This document shows positions 13,276-26,846 of a stretch of 64,000 nt of DNA, one piece after another (the first letter of the stretch is position 1; every line of letters begins with the position of its first letter). Position numbers and translations under genes: made by a program. The DNA comes from Octopus sinensis (Eukaryota): the NCBI RefSeq assembly GCF_006345805.1, contig NW_021832223.1:372001-436000 (forward strand), written 5' to 3'. Under the pieces are notes generated by a model that worked only from the letters and a program-made list of their open reading frames with translations, was not told the DNA's origin and searched no databases.

Positions 13276-13619
13276 TAATTATCTTTTATTATCAAAACTA
13301 TAATTATACTATTGACGGTTAAAAAAATAAAAGATGCTACATTATTCATAATATTATCTTTTTCTTGTCTTAAAAGCGATATAAATAAATCTAAAAAACC
13401 TCTTCTACCCATATAAATAATATAACAACAACATCTCAGACTTAAACAGATAAAACGTGGAAAAATAGTGTTGTTACTGAAACTTATTTGTGGAAAATGG
13501 AGCCCCTGCGAGCCAACACTGAAACATAGCATAAAAAGTCAGGATACTGTACTAGAACATTCTACAAATTTTGACTAAGATAGTAAAGGCAGTTTATTTT
13601 GTAACACGACTAAAAAGAC

Positions 13620-14110
13620 AGATGACCTCCTTGCTAAAAGATGTGACGAATGCTTAATCATTCTTATGTCAGAAGACAATAAAATTGTTAAATGTTTCAA
13701 TTTGCAGTTGTGCATGATTCCGAATTAGAAAGACCAAAAAGTTCAAAAACCACTCAGTCTAATTCGTGGGCAATGAGTTTGTTGAAATAAAAGTGGATAC
13801 AAAAATTAGAACTGATACTGCTATGGAAAACAACAAGCAGGATATCTTAACAAAACGAAAAATACGATCATGCTCATTCAGATTGAAATAACCTCACAAA
13901 GTTGTTTGAAACAAGTCCAAGTGAACCGAATACATAAATATGGTCCGTGCAAACTAAAAATTACTATTGGGACGAAAGTGAAAATAATCTATGCTGTGCT
14001 TACATAAAAAAGAATTGTCTCAAGTTATGTCAAAAGACTCCCTTGGAATTGAAAAAGAAACTAAGAGATATATTCAGTTACCCGTGGTTTAGAAAATATT
14101 CCATGTAAGT
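13620..14110 (+). mobile_element. R4/Dong-like 3' remnant
   Basis: KTKKFKNHSV...EIKVDTKIRTD...NKQDIL, degenerate. Confidence 0.7.
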
Positions 14111-14729
14111 GAAGAAAAAAATGCTCCTATGAAAAGAAACCGGACATTAAAACTCAATTACGAATTTTTAATCAAATAGATGACCAAAGAAAATTACCTA
14201 TTCTGCCTTCTGGTGATCGCCTTAAAATGAAAAGTTTGGCACAGAGACGAGTTGAAAAAATCAATTATTAATTCTCTTGAATGTTTGTTTCGACTGAGCT
14301 CTGTGAAACGCTACCTGAGGGCCTATCTACGAATAGATTAAAAAGAAAAGCCAGTGAGAACATAGATGAAGTGGCCCAAGGACTGCCCACTGCCACAGAA
14401 TTTGCCTTATCTCACAACCCTGCTTCCAAAGTAGGCCATGAAGGCCTGCTCACCTTGCAAACAGTAATCGATCAAGTGCTGATAAGATTCAACAGGCCAA
14501 AAAGAAATTTTGACTGGTATAAATGTCTCAATTAGGGAATTCATGAAAGCAAATTGACCGGCAAATTTCAATTACATTGCTGACAGTCTCTATGCTGGTC
14601 AACGAGCATATGACACACTGACACACTGCCTGCGTCAGTAAAAGAAGTTTGTGGATCGGAATTATAAATGAGAAGCCTGACAAACTTAGGAAGGAACTCG
14701 AGTTGATCATACCACCTTCCCATAATAAT

Positions 14730-15725
14730 TATAACAAGGCATGTGCAACACAGGAAACAATGTTATTAGTTATTCTCTTCCATCTACCACGATTATGAGC
14801 AATTTATCTTAGTGCGTCCAGATTCTCACTCGATTTTAGGTACTTCATACTTTTTGGAGGTCATTGTGTAATGCGACAGGTAGCGTTATTCTCGGTCGAC
14901 CACGAAAGCATTTCCCTTCAAACATGAAATAATTCTTCATCGCCACATTAGCCGGGGCAGCAAGATCAGAATATTGCCAAACAGTTTCCATCTGGCATGA
15001 GTGATATCCTGACTTAGATACCTACTCGTGAATTTGTTGTAGATTCCAGCATTCGATATTCTGGCAGACCAGTATACACCAAATAACAGTCTAAACTGTT
15101 TTCTGTGGAATGCATCGAGAACCGTTGATTCCGCACTCGTATAAGCCCAAATTGCAGCATTGTATAACAGTATCGACTTCGCAAATACATTGTACATACG
15201 CATCCGTAGATTGACATCGAGTCCTTTTAAATGTCTTTTTTTGAGTTTTTTATTGCTACTCAGCAAATGTTTTCCTTTTGATGATGTCTTCTGTGTCATC
15301 CAGGGATCTAAGCTTTTAGGCATGTCGCCAGCGTTCATTAAATATGTTATCCATTTTTTTGATTTCGATGATTTCCGTTTTGGCCTTATTAACGAAGGTC
15401 TAAACAGAGTTTTTCCTATCCTAAGTGAGAATTCGATATTAGAAAAAAGCATTAGGATGATCCTTTGCAAAGATTAATTCACAAATAGTTTAAGGACCTT
15501 AATAAGATTGTCTATTGATAGTATCAAATTCTCTAGACATATCAATTCAAAGGATAGTCGTGGCATTTTAAAATCTTTAAACGATTGCAAAGCTCTACCT
15601 ATGGCTCCACAGAATGTCCGCTGTCGACCTTCCTTCACGGAATCCACTATGGTATGCTGACAGATATTTTTCTGCCGGGCATTTTAACCGGTTTAGAGCG
15701 ATAAACGCAAGAAATTTACGTAATG
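14730..15725 (-). mobile_element. RTE-clade LINE remnant (RT to 3' end)
   Basis: GFREGRSTADILW, IDMSREFDT, MYNVFAKSILLYNAAIW, LDAFHRKQ, FRGRPRITLP. Confidence 0.85.
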
Positions 15726-15995
15726 TGTTTAACAATATGATTGGAAATAAGTTTTATAGTGGTTCTATTGGTTTTTAAGCTTTTGTATATGTATAGGTAT
15801 CAAGTAATAATTAGTGATATATTTGCTAGAAAAATTTCGAGTCAGTGAAATGAAGGATTTATTCCTATTCGTTGTCATTCTCCTCGTCTGTTTCATTTTC
15901 CTTAGAATATTTATAAAGCCTAGTCTCATTTTTGCCAAGCTGTGCACTCTCAATCACATCAAGTCCATTATACTAGTACAATTTTTGTAGGTAGG

Positions 15996-16280
15996 AGTTC
16001 TGTTTTTGGAGTAGAATAATAATTTTTAGATAGAACCACGGATGGAAATTGTGACAAAAGCCCTAATCTATGTTCCATAGGGCGGAAATTTCTCTAATTA
16101 TTAAAAAAACCGGGTAAATCCCTTAACATAAAGAATGAAATAACTCCAGTACAACTTGTTGTCGAGGTTAACCAAATTAAAACGACTAATCAAGAAATAG
16201 TGTTATTTTAAAAAGAGCTGCTGATAAGAAAAGTTCGGAAACATAACTTTTTCTGTAAATTTAAAAAATGCCTAGAAGTG
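15996..16280. repeat. Diverged ~290 bp direct repeat, copy 1 (copy 2 at ~17555-17840)
   Basis: Colinear shared blocks such as TGTTTTTGGA..AGAATAATAATTTTTA, GCCCTAATCT, GTAAATCCCTTAACAT and TTTCTGTAAATTTAAAA. Confidence 0.8.
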
Positions 16281-17554
16281 GTCCTCATAATAATTAGTAA
16301 TACCCGGAAATTAGTATCTAACACCAAAGCTAACTTACGTGTCAGGAGAGATGTTGCATCTAGTTGTGAATTATACCACAATATTACTTAAGTGAAGTAA
16401 TTTTGGAAACATTAATTTAAAAACACTTCAATGCAGTGAAGTACAGTCATGTAATTAAACCATCAAAACTTACAAGGCCACAAAAAAACATACATTTACA
16501 AAACAATCAAAAATGCGAAATTATATCTTAATCCATAAAAAATGGGAAATACTCTATAACATACAGGCCAAGGACCCAATTTGTGTGACTATCCAGTCCT
16601 CAGAGTAAAACCATACCACTCACATATGTTCATAAATTGCTGAGTTTATCAAAATGATACTTGTGTATACGCACGTGCCGGACTAGTATAAATAGAGAGT
16701 TTCATCGCGCTATTTGGAATGAAAAAGTGCCCAAAGTGTAACGATGAGGAACATGCCAGTATTTGGAAGTTGGATAATTCAAAATTCACAGAATACAAAG
16801 GTTTGGCCAGTCCTTACACCCAGACTATCAAGTCAATCCTCAAAATGAAGTGACCATGGCAGTCCTACATGAATTAATGTCCACGGGAACCAATAGTGCA
16901 TTTTCGTATTCCATGTTATAACATAAAACTAGATTTCAACAAAATGATGCTCCTTCCAATAATGACAGTTAGAATTTTTTTTCATTTTTGTTCATTTTAG
17001 AAACTAAAGAACCGGCAGATTTCAGCATAGAGTGGTTATTACGGGATTAACACTTTTTCTTAGTTTCTTAGTTTACTAATTCTTTAATCTTTTTCGGTTA
17101 AATAAATCTAACCTTCTTTTTCTCTTCTCTTAATTGTCTGCAATTATTGCTTAGTACAAAAATACTTGCTTGTGTGTTAAAATGATCAATCACACAAAAA
17201 TAAAAAATAAAAAATCCCAAAATCAATTTTAATAAATATGAAACCAAACATGAAACTTTCAATGAGACCCAGCCCTGAGCTTCTATGTTCACTTTTAAAG
17301 GCCAATTGGACATTTTGTCTGAATTAAATATTTGTAAGACCTTTCAAATTATTTTTCTTCAAAAATAAATTTAATTGGCAAAAAGTAGTATAAATTAAAG
17401 TTAATATTTGAAACCAAACAAAGAACAAATATTAGTATTGATAGTAGCCTGAAATACAAATCAACTACAGGCTTTCCACTCCCAATCACATCGATTTCAT
17501 TATACAAGTAAATTTTTTAGAGATAGGCCTTACGCAATTTTGTCTTTAATTCTG

Positions 17555-17840
17555 ACTCTGTTTTTGGAACAGAATAATAATTTTTAAATAGAACCGTAAA
17601 TGCTAATGATAGAAATAGCGACAACAGCCCTAATCTGTGTTCCACAGAGCGGAATTTCCCTAATTATTAATAACTACGTAAATCCCTTAACATGTAAAAT
17701 AAAACCACGCCAGTACAATTTGTCAAGGTTAACAATTTTAAAACAATTAATCAAGAAATAGTAATATCGTTTAAGAAGAGATGCCAATACAAAAAGTTCA
17801 GAAACAAAAATTTTCTGTAAATTTAAAATATGCCTAAAAG
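17555..17840. repeat. Diverged ~290 bp direct repeat, copy 2
   Basis: See copy 1. Confidence 0.8.
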
Positions 17841-17899
17841 GGGAAGTAGTGTATTCCTCGAAATATGCGGAAGCCGACCCCAAATGTCCCATACCAACT

Positions 17900-19000
17900 A
17901 CTTAAAAAAGAGGTATTGTCTGGAATAAATGGAGTGATTTGCGAATACATAAAGACCACCCCTCCTCTTAATTTGAATGATATCACAGACGTCATCTATT
18001 TTGCACAGCTGACATAATAAGCTCTTACAAAATACTTCTCTAAGAATAACAATTGGAAAGGAAGCAAAAATGAAACATGGAAGCAAAAATGAGTAAACTT
18101 AAACCGCAGTATGAACAGACTCATATGTATATTGCTCAAAATTAAAATTCAAAGTTCGATAAGGAAACGAGGATACCCTGAGTGAATACAGATTTCGAAA
18201 GTCAAAGAGAAAAGAACTTGAAGGATATCTGTTTGCATTGATGACGAAATAAAGATTGTCGAAAAAAAAACTACGACTCAGTGAAACAAGAAAAGAATTT
18301 CCTAAGCAAAATTAGTCCTTTGAACTCAACCGGTTCTATTAAACATTAATTGCTGGAAAAACATCTGCAAAGCTTATGTTTAACGAGAGAGAATGTCTTT
18401 CCTATTGAAAGAAAACATGGAGTAAACACGAGAGGGATGCCAGTACAGTGCTGATTAGCAAGAAAGTCACTGGGGTAGAGAACAAATTTGCAGACTTTAG
18501 CAAAGAAACAATTCTTGAGGTGATTAAACAACTCCCAAACTGGAGAGCAAGTGGATGCGACGGGGTGTATAACTTCTTTATGAAAAAATAACCCCAATCT
18601 ATGCCAACTAGTGTGAGGAACCCGTCAAGATAATAAATGGTGAGTATGTGGATGAGTGTTTCTACAACGGAATCACATATCCAATCCCCGTCTAATGGTA
18701 ATTATAGTACCACTAACATGCTGTGCGTAAATTCTAAAAACATCACCGCGACTCAATTCGTCTCGAAGGACCCAAACGAGCTTACATCCAGTCTGTGGTC
18801 ATTTGGAAACATTGGAGAGATAAGTTTGGAATGTACCCACCGAAGATTGTCAAATAAGCGGGATTGTAAAAGCAACAACGGAAGAAGCTTCCCAAGTGAG
18901 GCCATCGGACTCGAGAACAACCACAAAAGTGGCCTGCCCTGTAAAATGGATAAGTTTGCCCGTCGAAGACATTAGCTCGGACTCGAAAAGGAGAAGAATC
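17900..19000 (+). mobile_element. Internally deleted R4/Dong-like element
   Basis: VIKQLPNWRASGCDGVYNFFMKK followed shortly by RAYIQSVV from the 3' region. Confidence 0.7.
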
Positions 19001-19114
19001 GACTGAAAGCAGACGTACTAATTAAAAACTAATTTTATCTGGACTTTTTAATTTTGCCTGAAAGTGGTCATCAAATAGAAATAGGTCGTCAAAAACATAT
19101 TTTATAAATAGAAA

Positions 19115-19667
19115 TCAATCATTGAGGATATCCATCCAGAATGTATCAAAAGACCCAGGAGGCTGATAGCCCAATTCATCAGAAGAAAGAGGAACCTTTG
19201 AGAGAAGAATGCACAGATACGGAAACTTCTGGGTTACCTCAACACTGCAAATAATGACCATGACTATACTCGCTCAGTAAAGGGTTGTCCTTTGGCTTCC
19301 ATACATTGTCAAACCTACACATTAATCATTTTCCTAACCTCCGATATTTCGCTCGGGATATTTGATAAAGACCCTATAATAAAAAACGAGTATAAACAGG
19401 CCAATGACGTTTGAATATCTCACAGGCAGACACCACTTTGGACGTGGCCTTGTCCATTCCTTCCCAGAGAATTTGATTTACTTTATTTTGCTAATTAATT
19501 GATATTTTAATGCACACAGTAAATAATTCTTGGGCCTTCTCGACAAGATGAAGCACGTTTGATGACTTTGTGACTTTCATAATTATCACATTCTCGTCCA
19601 GAGGGAGAGACATTCCAGCAAGGGGGGATTCACACTTTTCGCATTCCTGTTCAATATAATTTTCCAT
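19115..19667 (-). CDS. RPP25: RPP25/Alba-like RNase P/MRP subunit, 150 aa, 4 introns
   Basis: Introns of 27, 24, 24 and 25 nt; spliced product has QILWEGMDKATSKVVSACEIFKR..GLYQI...VWKP...ILLSKVPL...GYQPP, the Alba/Rpp25 pattern. An upstream exon cannot be excluded. Confidence 0.85.
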
Positions 19668-19905
19668 TCTATTAGCCAATGCAACACCTAACTTTAAATA
19701 GACCTAAAACCAATATGAAAATCAATTTAAATTAATATTTTGATTAATTAAATATTTTTAATTTTCCCGATTCTCAGATCTTGTCGTACAGAAAATTAAT
19801 CTCAACAAAAATATAGAAATCAAAATTCAACTCAAAAGACAAATTTGTTAACATAACTGAGCAAAGAATTAGTCAATTAGGACAGAGGTCACAATAAAGT
19901 AGATC

Positions 19906-21814
19906 TCACAAATCTGGGGAGGAGGACGGACTTGCCCCCGATGGGAAGAATCCCACTTTGATCGCAATACACAAATCTATTAATATATCACCCTCAGCAT
20001 ACGGAAATCGAAGTACCCAAATATTGTCAGAAACAAGTCTAATCGGACACGCCATTTCAGTAGTAAAGACACTGACAGTCCCTTCCCTATCCACATGTCT
20101 CACCAACGGATCCAAAAACACGACACAACCAGCAGGCACTCCCACAAAAACCCTCATTAGACACCCAACTGCCTCACTACCATAACACACACTTCTCACC
20201 AGCACTTGACGTACATGGGAGTCTCCTCCCCCACAAAGATACGTGGTCGTGACTGGTGACCCATTATACACTCATACTCCACGGAATAGTCGACTAGACT
20301 GTACAAAACCAATCCAACAGTTCTCCATTCTCTGCATTCCTTTTCTCGCCTTCCAACGACCCAACGACAGCAGAGACCAGGAGGGAAAGTCCACTCTCCA
20401 CTCACTTGTCCCCACCATCGACATTGCGATCAAGTCACCCCCTCTTCCTTCAAAATGACACACTTCGTATTTTCGGTAGGGGAAGCCACTCAGTGGCATT
20501 TTCACTTTCTTCAGTTTTTGGCAACATTGACCACGGAATTGGTCATATACCGTGAAATTGGCCTCTTCCAACGAGAATGGGTCAATTCTGGGGAAACATG
20601 AACTCCCACAATCACAAAAAGATAACAGTCGGCGAGAATTTCCGTGATTGTGCATTTGATCAGCCGGAAAGCTACACCAAGCACGTGTAACACTCAATTC
20701 CTCACATTGCTGGTGAGATTGCCAATGCTGTACACAAAAATCAGTCAACTTATCCAAAAAACTACAAAAACTAATCCCGCCAGCTTTAGATTTATAATGA
20801 ATGGTCGAAATTAGCATCTACGTTCAGCAAACACGCAATACTCGAGTTTTGTGTATTTTCCGAGTATAATACTCTGGTAACTTGTCAATGTACAAATTGA
20901 GAGCCTCCCTGCATGCTGTATCACACCGTCTAATCAGATTACTAGACATAAGCTCGACCTGAGGGATGCGGAGTCCATTAAGGCGGTTAGTTCGTCAGAA
21001 ATTGAGGAAAATTCACACATTTCCTGTTTTTGTATGTTTTCCTGCCATGTTTTAAAAGATGACTAAAAATGAGTTATAAAAGTGCCACGGGAATGAATTT
21101 TTGTGTATTTTTTAATTTTTGGACAGCTTTTTCGACGAAGGAGACAAACTCACATTCTTCTCCACATTTCTGAGGACTTTGGAGTCCTAAAAAGTCATTT
21201 GAGTGACATTCTGACGACAAAAATGCAAATTCTTTCCCAAAAAGTGGCCTAAATTCAGTTTTTATGACCAACAAGTCGATTTTGTAGAAAAGTCTCTTTA
21301 TCAAACACTCCAGGTTATTGATCAGACGTTCTCTCGTTTTTTCCGCGTTTTGGATACCCTCGGGTATAAACCCGCCAAAATAAAATAAGCAAGTGGTCTC
21401 TATTTTTTTCCCGCGTTGACTTTTGGCTCATTTAAGGCCACAAACCTGAGGGAAGCCGCTCTTTGAATGCTTCTGAACATGGAATAAGTAAAATGAGGTG
21501 TTGGGACATAAAACTGACAAGTATTACGTAATAAATGATACCACTACGATATGACAGTTTGATATTGCATAAAATATTCTGTAATCGATGCTAGAATTGT
21601 GTGAGAGTAGGTTTATGTAAAGGATTTGTGTTATTTCGTCAAAAAATGATAATTTTTGGTTTGTGGGGGTATTTTTAGAGAGTGACTGGAGAGATTGGGC
21701 AAGACTGACTATACCGACAGTCACGACGTTGTGGTCATATCTAAATTGTTAGGTTTAGTCAAATTAATACATCTCCGAGAGTATTTGATCTTCGAATGAG
21801 AAAATATGGCTCAT
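19906..21814 (-). CDS. SMG8: Nonsense-mediated decay factor SMG8, multi-exon (3' end approximate)
   Basis: Spliced motifs NCHIVVF, RC...ALNLYIDKLPEYYTRKIH, HWQSHQQCEELSVT, CDCG...IDPFSLEEAN...CC, FPSWSLLSLG, EYECIMGH, LMRVFVGVP and WVLRFPY match SMG8 in order. Confidence 0.85.
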
Positions 21815-22319
21815 TCTGTCCTCTATCGAACAAGAGCAACATTCATTAAACGACACCCTTATGTTTATTAAAAATTTTAAATTGGTTGCTGTTTAATTGT
21901 AAATTACAAAAATATAGTTTATATTAAATTTTATGAATAAATTTTAAAATTCCATGAATCACAGGAGATTACTGAAATTTTCTAGAAGGGTTTTTCACTA
22001 TCCTGGTCAACATTCTTACCTATGCAGGTGGCCTGATTATTCCTTACCAATTCATTTATCAAGTTATTTAAAGGAATTAATTAACTGGCAATTCTATCCT
22101 TATTTTCCAACTAAGCCAGTTTTGGACACACTTCTCACAACCCAGCTTGATTACCTCCAAAAGATCATATTAAAGCTCGACTGTCGATGTCGTCAATTCG
22201 GATTAAAATATTTGCACTCTCACAGCTCTTTTAAAAAATTTTAAAATAAAAAATTTGTGTAAAAATATTTATCTACACATGCCACGAGCACCCTTGTCTA
22301 AGAGATTCTTCATCTTGTT

Positions 22320-23190
22320 ACCGAATCTTCTATGGACTCAGAGTCAGTCGCCGCGGAAAGTCGCTGGCTTGGGTGTCTCTTGAGCTTCCGCAGAATAAAA
22401 CACGGGAAACCCTTTAGTGATGGGATGCATATCAAAAATTGCTTAATTGAAGCAGTTAGTTGTTTGTTCCCATTCTTCCTTATTTAATAAAATCTGAACT
22501 TCCGCAGAATAGATATGCACAGGACAAATGGGACAGGATCCTTTGTTACCAGAAGTTGAACAACCTCAAGCCTAAGCTTAATCAACATCGCTTGGCTTGT
22601 TAATTGGCTGCCTCGCAACCATATTGGTTGACCGCCATCCCAATGGGATCAATGGGAACTTATTGGACGATGATTGCCTGATGATCGGTGTCTCATTGTG
22701 CCTAGGGCTGAACGTATGCACACCGGTGCCGCTGTGGATCGACCGTTGACCCCTTTGGATTGCACCCATTATTGTGGCAGAGAAGCTCCGGACGCCTCTC
22801 TCGACATACTGCCCTGAACGAGATAGTTAACATACTGCCGAGGATGGTAAACGTCCTGATGGCCTAACAACTTTCCTCTTTGAAAATGGCAAGTCTCTCA
22901 TCTGGGACGCAACCTATACGGACACCTTCTCCGCCGGAAACATCTTTACGTCAGCCGCAGAGCCGGGCTCCGCAGCTAACCTGGCAGAAACGCTAAAAGT
23001 CAAAAAATACAGTGCATTATCGCACCGTTATATCTTTGCCCCGATCGGAGTGGAGACGTCAGAAGTCCTCGGCCCCAGAACTAAAAAATTCCTTATTAAA
23101 TTGGAGGACCTGGCAAGTAGAAGAGATCATCGAGAACGGACAAGGTTTTTCCAACGAGTGAATAGCCATCTTGCGTAGGAATTGCCATTT
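22320..23190 (+). mobile_element. CRE-clade 3' fragment
   Basis: GKRPDGLTTF...WDATYTDTF...PIGVETS; frameshifted. Confidence 0.85.
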
Positions 23191-23338
23191 ATCCTCTGCA
23201 GCCAATCAGTTACTTGTTTTCTCTGCTTTACTCACTTTTGCTCCCGTTAACATTACCGAATATTCCAATCTAACTAAATAAGCACAACACATTAAAAGGA
23301 AAGAACATAGTTAATACGACACACAATTACTAAACATA

Positions 23339-26300
23339 CTAAGCAGTAGGAGGAACGTTAATTCGGAACTTCCAGTCACCAGTTTCAGCAGAAAATTCAC
23401 AAAACTCCGAGTCCATTTCAGATGTCTGTTTTTTGAGATTATCGACCCATTTATATTTCTCTATCAATTCGGGATCCTTTATATACGCCCGGGAGTTCTT
23501 CCCATAAGGCCAGCAATTATTAAGGGTCACTTCGGCATACACATTCAACTCCTTTCCAAATGAAGGTCTCTCAGTCCCCTCGGGGTAAAGCTCAACCGAT
23601 CCCTGCGAGATTCGAACAATTCGGGAAATATCCAACGACTCGAGCACGACTGGGCTTAGGAATTTAATTTTGCCGACATTGGGACGAGTAACTGTCAGAT
23701 TGGATATTTCATTGACTCCACACTCAATCAGCCCATTTATATCACGCACACTCGGCTCAATTACGTAATCTTCGTCACTGCAAGTAATGACGTCATTGGT
23801 CGATGGTATTTCCTTTATCGCATCATCGATTATCTTTCTTGCAACATCCACTTTCTCATTCTTGGCTGGTTTGGTCGACTGAGGTGAGTCTGGAATATTC
23901 GTCGAAATGACTTCGAGGGGAATTCGATTGAGTAGGGATGTCTTGAGGGATTTGATTCTCAAACTCAACTGAGGACTGCTCTTCACAGGGACTTTCCTCA
24001 CTGGCCTTGAAGACAAAGTAGGATTGCTCTTCGATGTGGTATTTCTAGTACTCCTCGCCGGGGAATGGATTGTCTTTTGTGGGACATAATTAGTCGAACA
24101 ATCCAGCGATCGAACGTACAAGTCCTTGGGGGAATACACACATGTCTATAAAGATAAATAATAACGAGCAAACAGATCGACTGAGACTCTGCCACGACCT
24201 TCGGAGACTATATCTTTCCGAATCGAATTTGTATGGCTTTTTAACATCCACTTTCTGTACCTGAAATATGACTAAAGGAATACAGATTTATTCAAGTCGG
24301 TGGGTGGACGGATTATTGGCTTGGCCGGATTCTTGTTAAAACGTGGGTAGGGGGAACACACAATGTGTGTCAGCAAGTCTCTGGACAAATCGGTCGTAGA
24401 ATTCAAATTGACCACAGAGTCAATAGCCTCCAACTTCTCCCGCATTTCAGGGGGATATACACTCATTTCTAGAATGGATTAGTCATGTCCTCTTACGTTG
24501 GGGGGTCGGTTGTTGGGTGGGGGGAGTTACTAATGTATTGTTGGTGGTGAATGGGTTATTGTTGCCGCCTGAATTGAACCCTAATTAATGTTAACCATAA
24601 TTTATTAACCAGTCCCAGGTGTAGATGTCGTCCCAAAGTTGGCTATAAATAAATAGACAAACGAATACTGTTTTGTGTGCTGAAGGGATTAGTCCCCGTT
24701 TGTCCACCAAAGGGATTAGGCTGTCCAAAGTTAGTATTCGTCTGACCAAAGGTTGTATTAGTTTGTTGTCCAAGTCCAGGAGTTGTCCCTCCAAAAGGAT
24801 TATTGGTCTGCTGTCCAATTCCCGTGGTTGTTCCTCCGAATGGATTATTGGTCTGCTGTTGATTAAATGCAGAATTTGTTCCCCCAAATGGATTATTTGT
24901 TTGTTGATTGAATCCAGAGTTTGTTCCTCCCAAAGTATTGTTGGACTGTGTAGTGAATCCGGAGTTTGTTCCACCAAAAGGATTAGCTGGCTGTTGATTG
25001 AATGTAGAAGATGTTCCTCCAAAAGGATTAGCTGGCTGTTGATTGAATCCAGAGTTTGATCCTCCAAATGGATTATTGGGCTGCTGATTGAATCCCGAGT
25101 TTGTTCCTCCAAATGGATTATTCGACTGTGTATTGAATCCCGTGTTTGTTCCCCCCAAAGCATTATTGGGTTGTTGATTAAATCCTGGGTTTGTTCCTCC
25201 AAATGGATTATTGGACTGCTGATTAAATCCAGAGTTTGTTCCACCAAAAGGATTAGCTGGCTGTTGATTAAATGTAGAGGATGTTCCTCCAAAAGGATTA
25301 GCTGGTTGTTGATTAAATCCGGAGTTTGTTACTCCAAAAGAATTATTAGACTGTGTATTGAATCCAGATGTTGTTACTCCGAAAGAATTATTGGGCTGTT
25401 GGCCAAATGCATTATTAGTTTGTCCACTAAATCCAGTATTCTGTTGCTGGGTAAACCCCCCAGTCTGTCCACCAAATAAGGAATTAGTCTTCTGTCCACT
25501 AAATCCGATATTATTCTGCTGTTGATTAAATCCACCAAAGTTATTATTCTGCTGCCCCAATCCACTATTTTGACCACCAAATGCAGTATTCTGTTGCTGG
25601 TTAAATCCACTAAATGCAGTATTCTGCTGACCAAATGCACTGTTAGTCCCAATTCCAGAAGTAGATATTCCAAAATTATTTCCTATACCAGACGTGCCAG
25701 GAAAGGAATTGGGAGTAGTCCCAAAATTATTAATCCCCGTGTTCTGCCCAATTCCCTGAGTCCCAAAAAAACTCGTGCCTACAATATCTCCCTCAACACA
25801 ACAACCACTTCCTCCACACTTTTGTCTATTTGCAGCATAATCCTCATATCTAATTTCCTAAAACAAATGCTTTAGCTAACATTCAAACCTCAATCGACTT
25901 TCCAGAATATTCTGGCATTGCAGAGAGACTTTGGAAGGCATTTTCGACTTGTTGTCTCCGTCCATTGAACATCATGTTCTCCTCCAGGGACAGCGGTCGG
26001 AAATCCACGGAGGAACCATTCACGGGTTGTCCACCAAAAAAATTCTGGTTACTATTTTGGAACAGGCCACCACTTCCTCTAGGAAATACAAAAATTGGCA
26101 AAAAACGTGTTTTGAGAGTTGAAGGAATTATTTTGGTTGTTGAAACCGCCATTTCCCCAGGAATTGGTTCCTGTGTTGAAATTTGATTGGTTATTAGAGA
26201 GGGATGATCCCCCGAATCCTCCACCGAAAAGACCAGTGGAAGTATTTGTTCCAAATCCGGTGTTGTTCATGTTTCCAAATGAATTTGGAGTGCTGCTCAT

Positions 26301-26411
26301 ACTGGGGAACATGGAGGAATTTCCAAATGTAGTTGGATTTCCAAAACTTCCTGTTCCTGCCGTGCTTGTATTGCTCCCAAAGTTGTTTTGATTCCACATA
26401 CTTGAATTCAT
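23339..26411 (-). CDS. NUP98: Nucleoporin Nup98 (FG repeats, GLEBS, autoproteolytic-domain fold), multi-exon
   Basis: FG/GLFG-type repeats, GLEBS AFQSLSAMPEYSGKSIE|EIRYEDY, PDLY.RSL-like segment, and C-terminal LTVTRPNVGKIKF...VELYPEGTERPSFGKELNVYAEVTL...GDWKF. Confidence 0.93.
24690..25400 (-). repeat. 45 bp coding tandem repeat (GGTNSGFNQQPxNPF) in Nup98
   Basis: About 14 imperfect 15-aa units visible in DNA and protein. Confidence 0.9.
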
Positions 26412-26846
26412 TGAAATATATTATCTAAATAAAATATTAATTTGTTAATAATTCAGTAATTTATAGTTATAAGCACTATTAATAACTATTAAAAGAACAA
26501 CAACAAACCAAACACCACTAACGTCAATAATTTTATATATTTATTATATAATAAAACATAAATAATTATTGTTGATAAAATTAAAAAAATTAATAACAAT
26601 CAATTAATAAATCAGCATTAAGATTAACTCCATAGCAAAATCTGGGACTTTGGTTTCCCAAGATATATTGTGTTCTCTGGAAGAAGAGAAAATATGGAAC
26701 ACGTCGAGACAAGGACCAACAAAATGTTTAACATTTTATTTATTATTGATATATTTACACTACATAATATGTTTTATTTAAAAAATTATATTTTGTCGCT
26801 TAGCAAATCGAAGGTTTAGTTTATAAGAGAGTTAATATTTATAGAA

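Noticed and set aside
14281-14710. 84 aa ORF and its antisense partner
   Set aside because: No recognisable motif; lies among TE debris.
20272-20817. EGRGGDLIAM looked like an APE endonuclease GGGV motif
   Set aside because: The surrounding spliced sequence matches SMG8 over many consecutive motifs.
21954-22244. 96 aa plus-strand ORF, and a minus-strand ESANILIRIDDI resembling a CCT chaperonin C-terminus
   Set aside because: No consistent gene model; the CCT-like match is only 12 aa with no upstream exons visible.
24591-25875. Several long overlapping ORFs on both strands, and a 45 bp periodic repeat that could be mistaken for a CRISPR array
   Set aside because: They are shadows of the Nup98 FG-repeat coding region; the units are coding, with no unique spacers and no cas genes.
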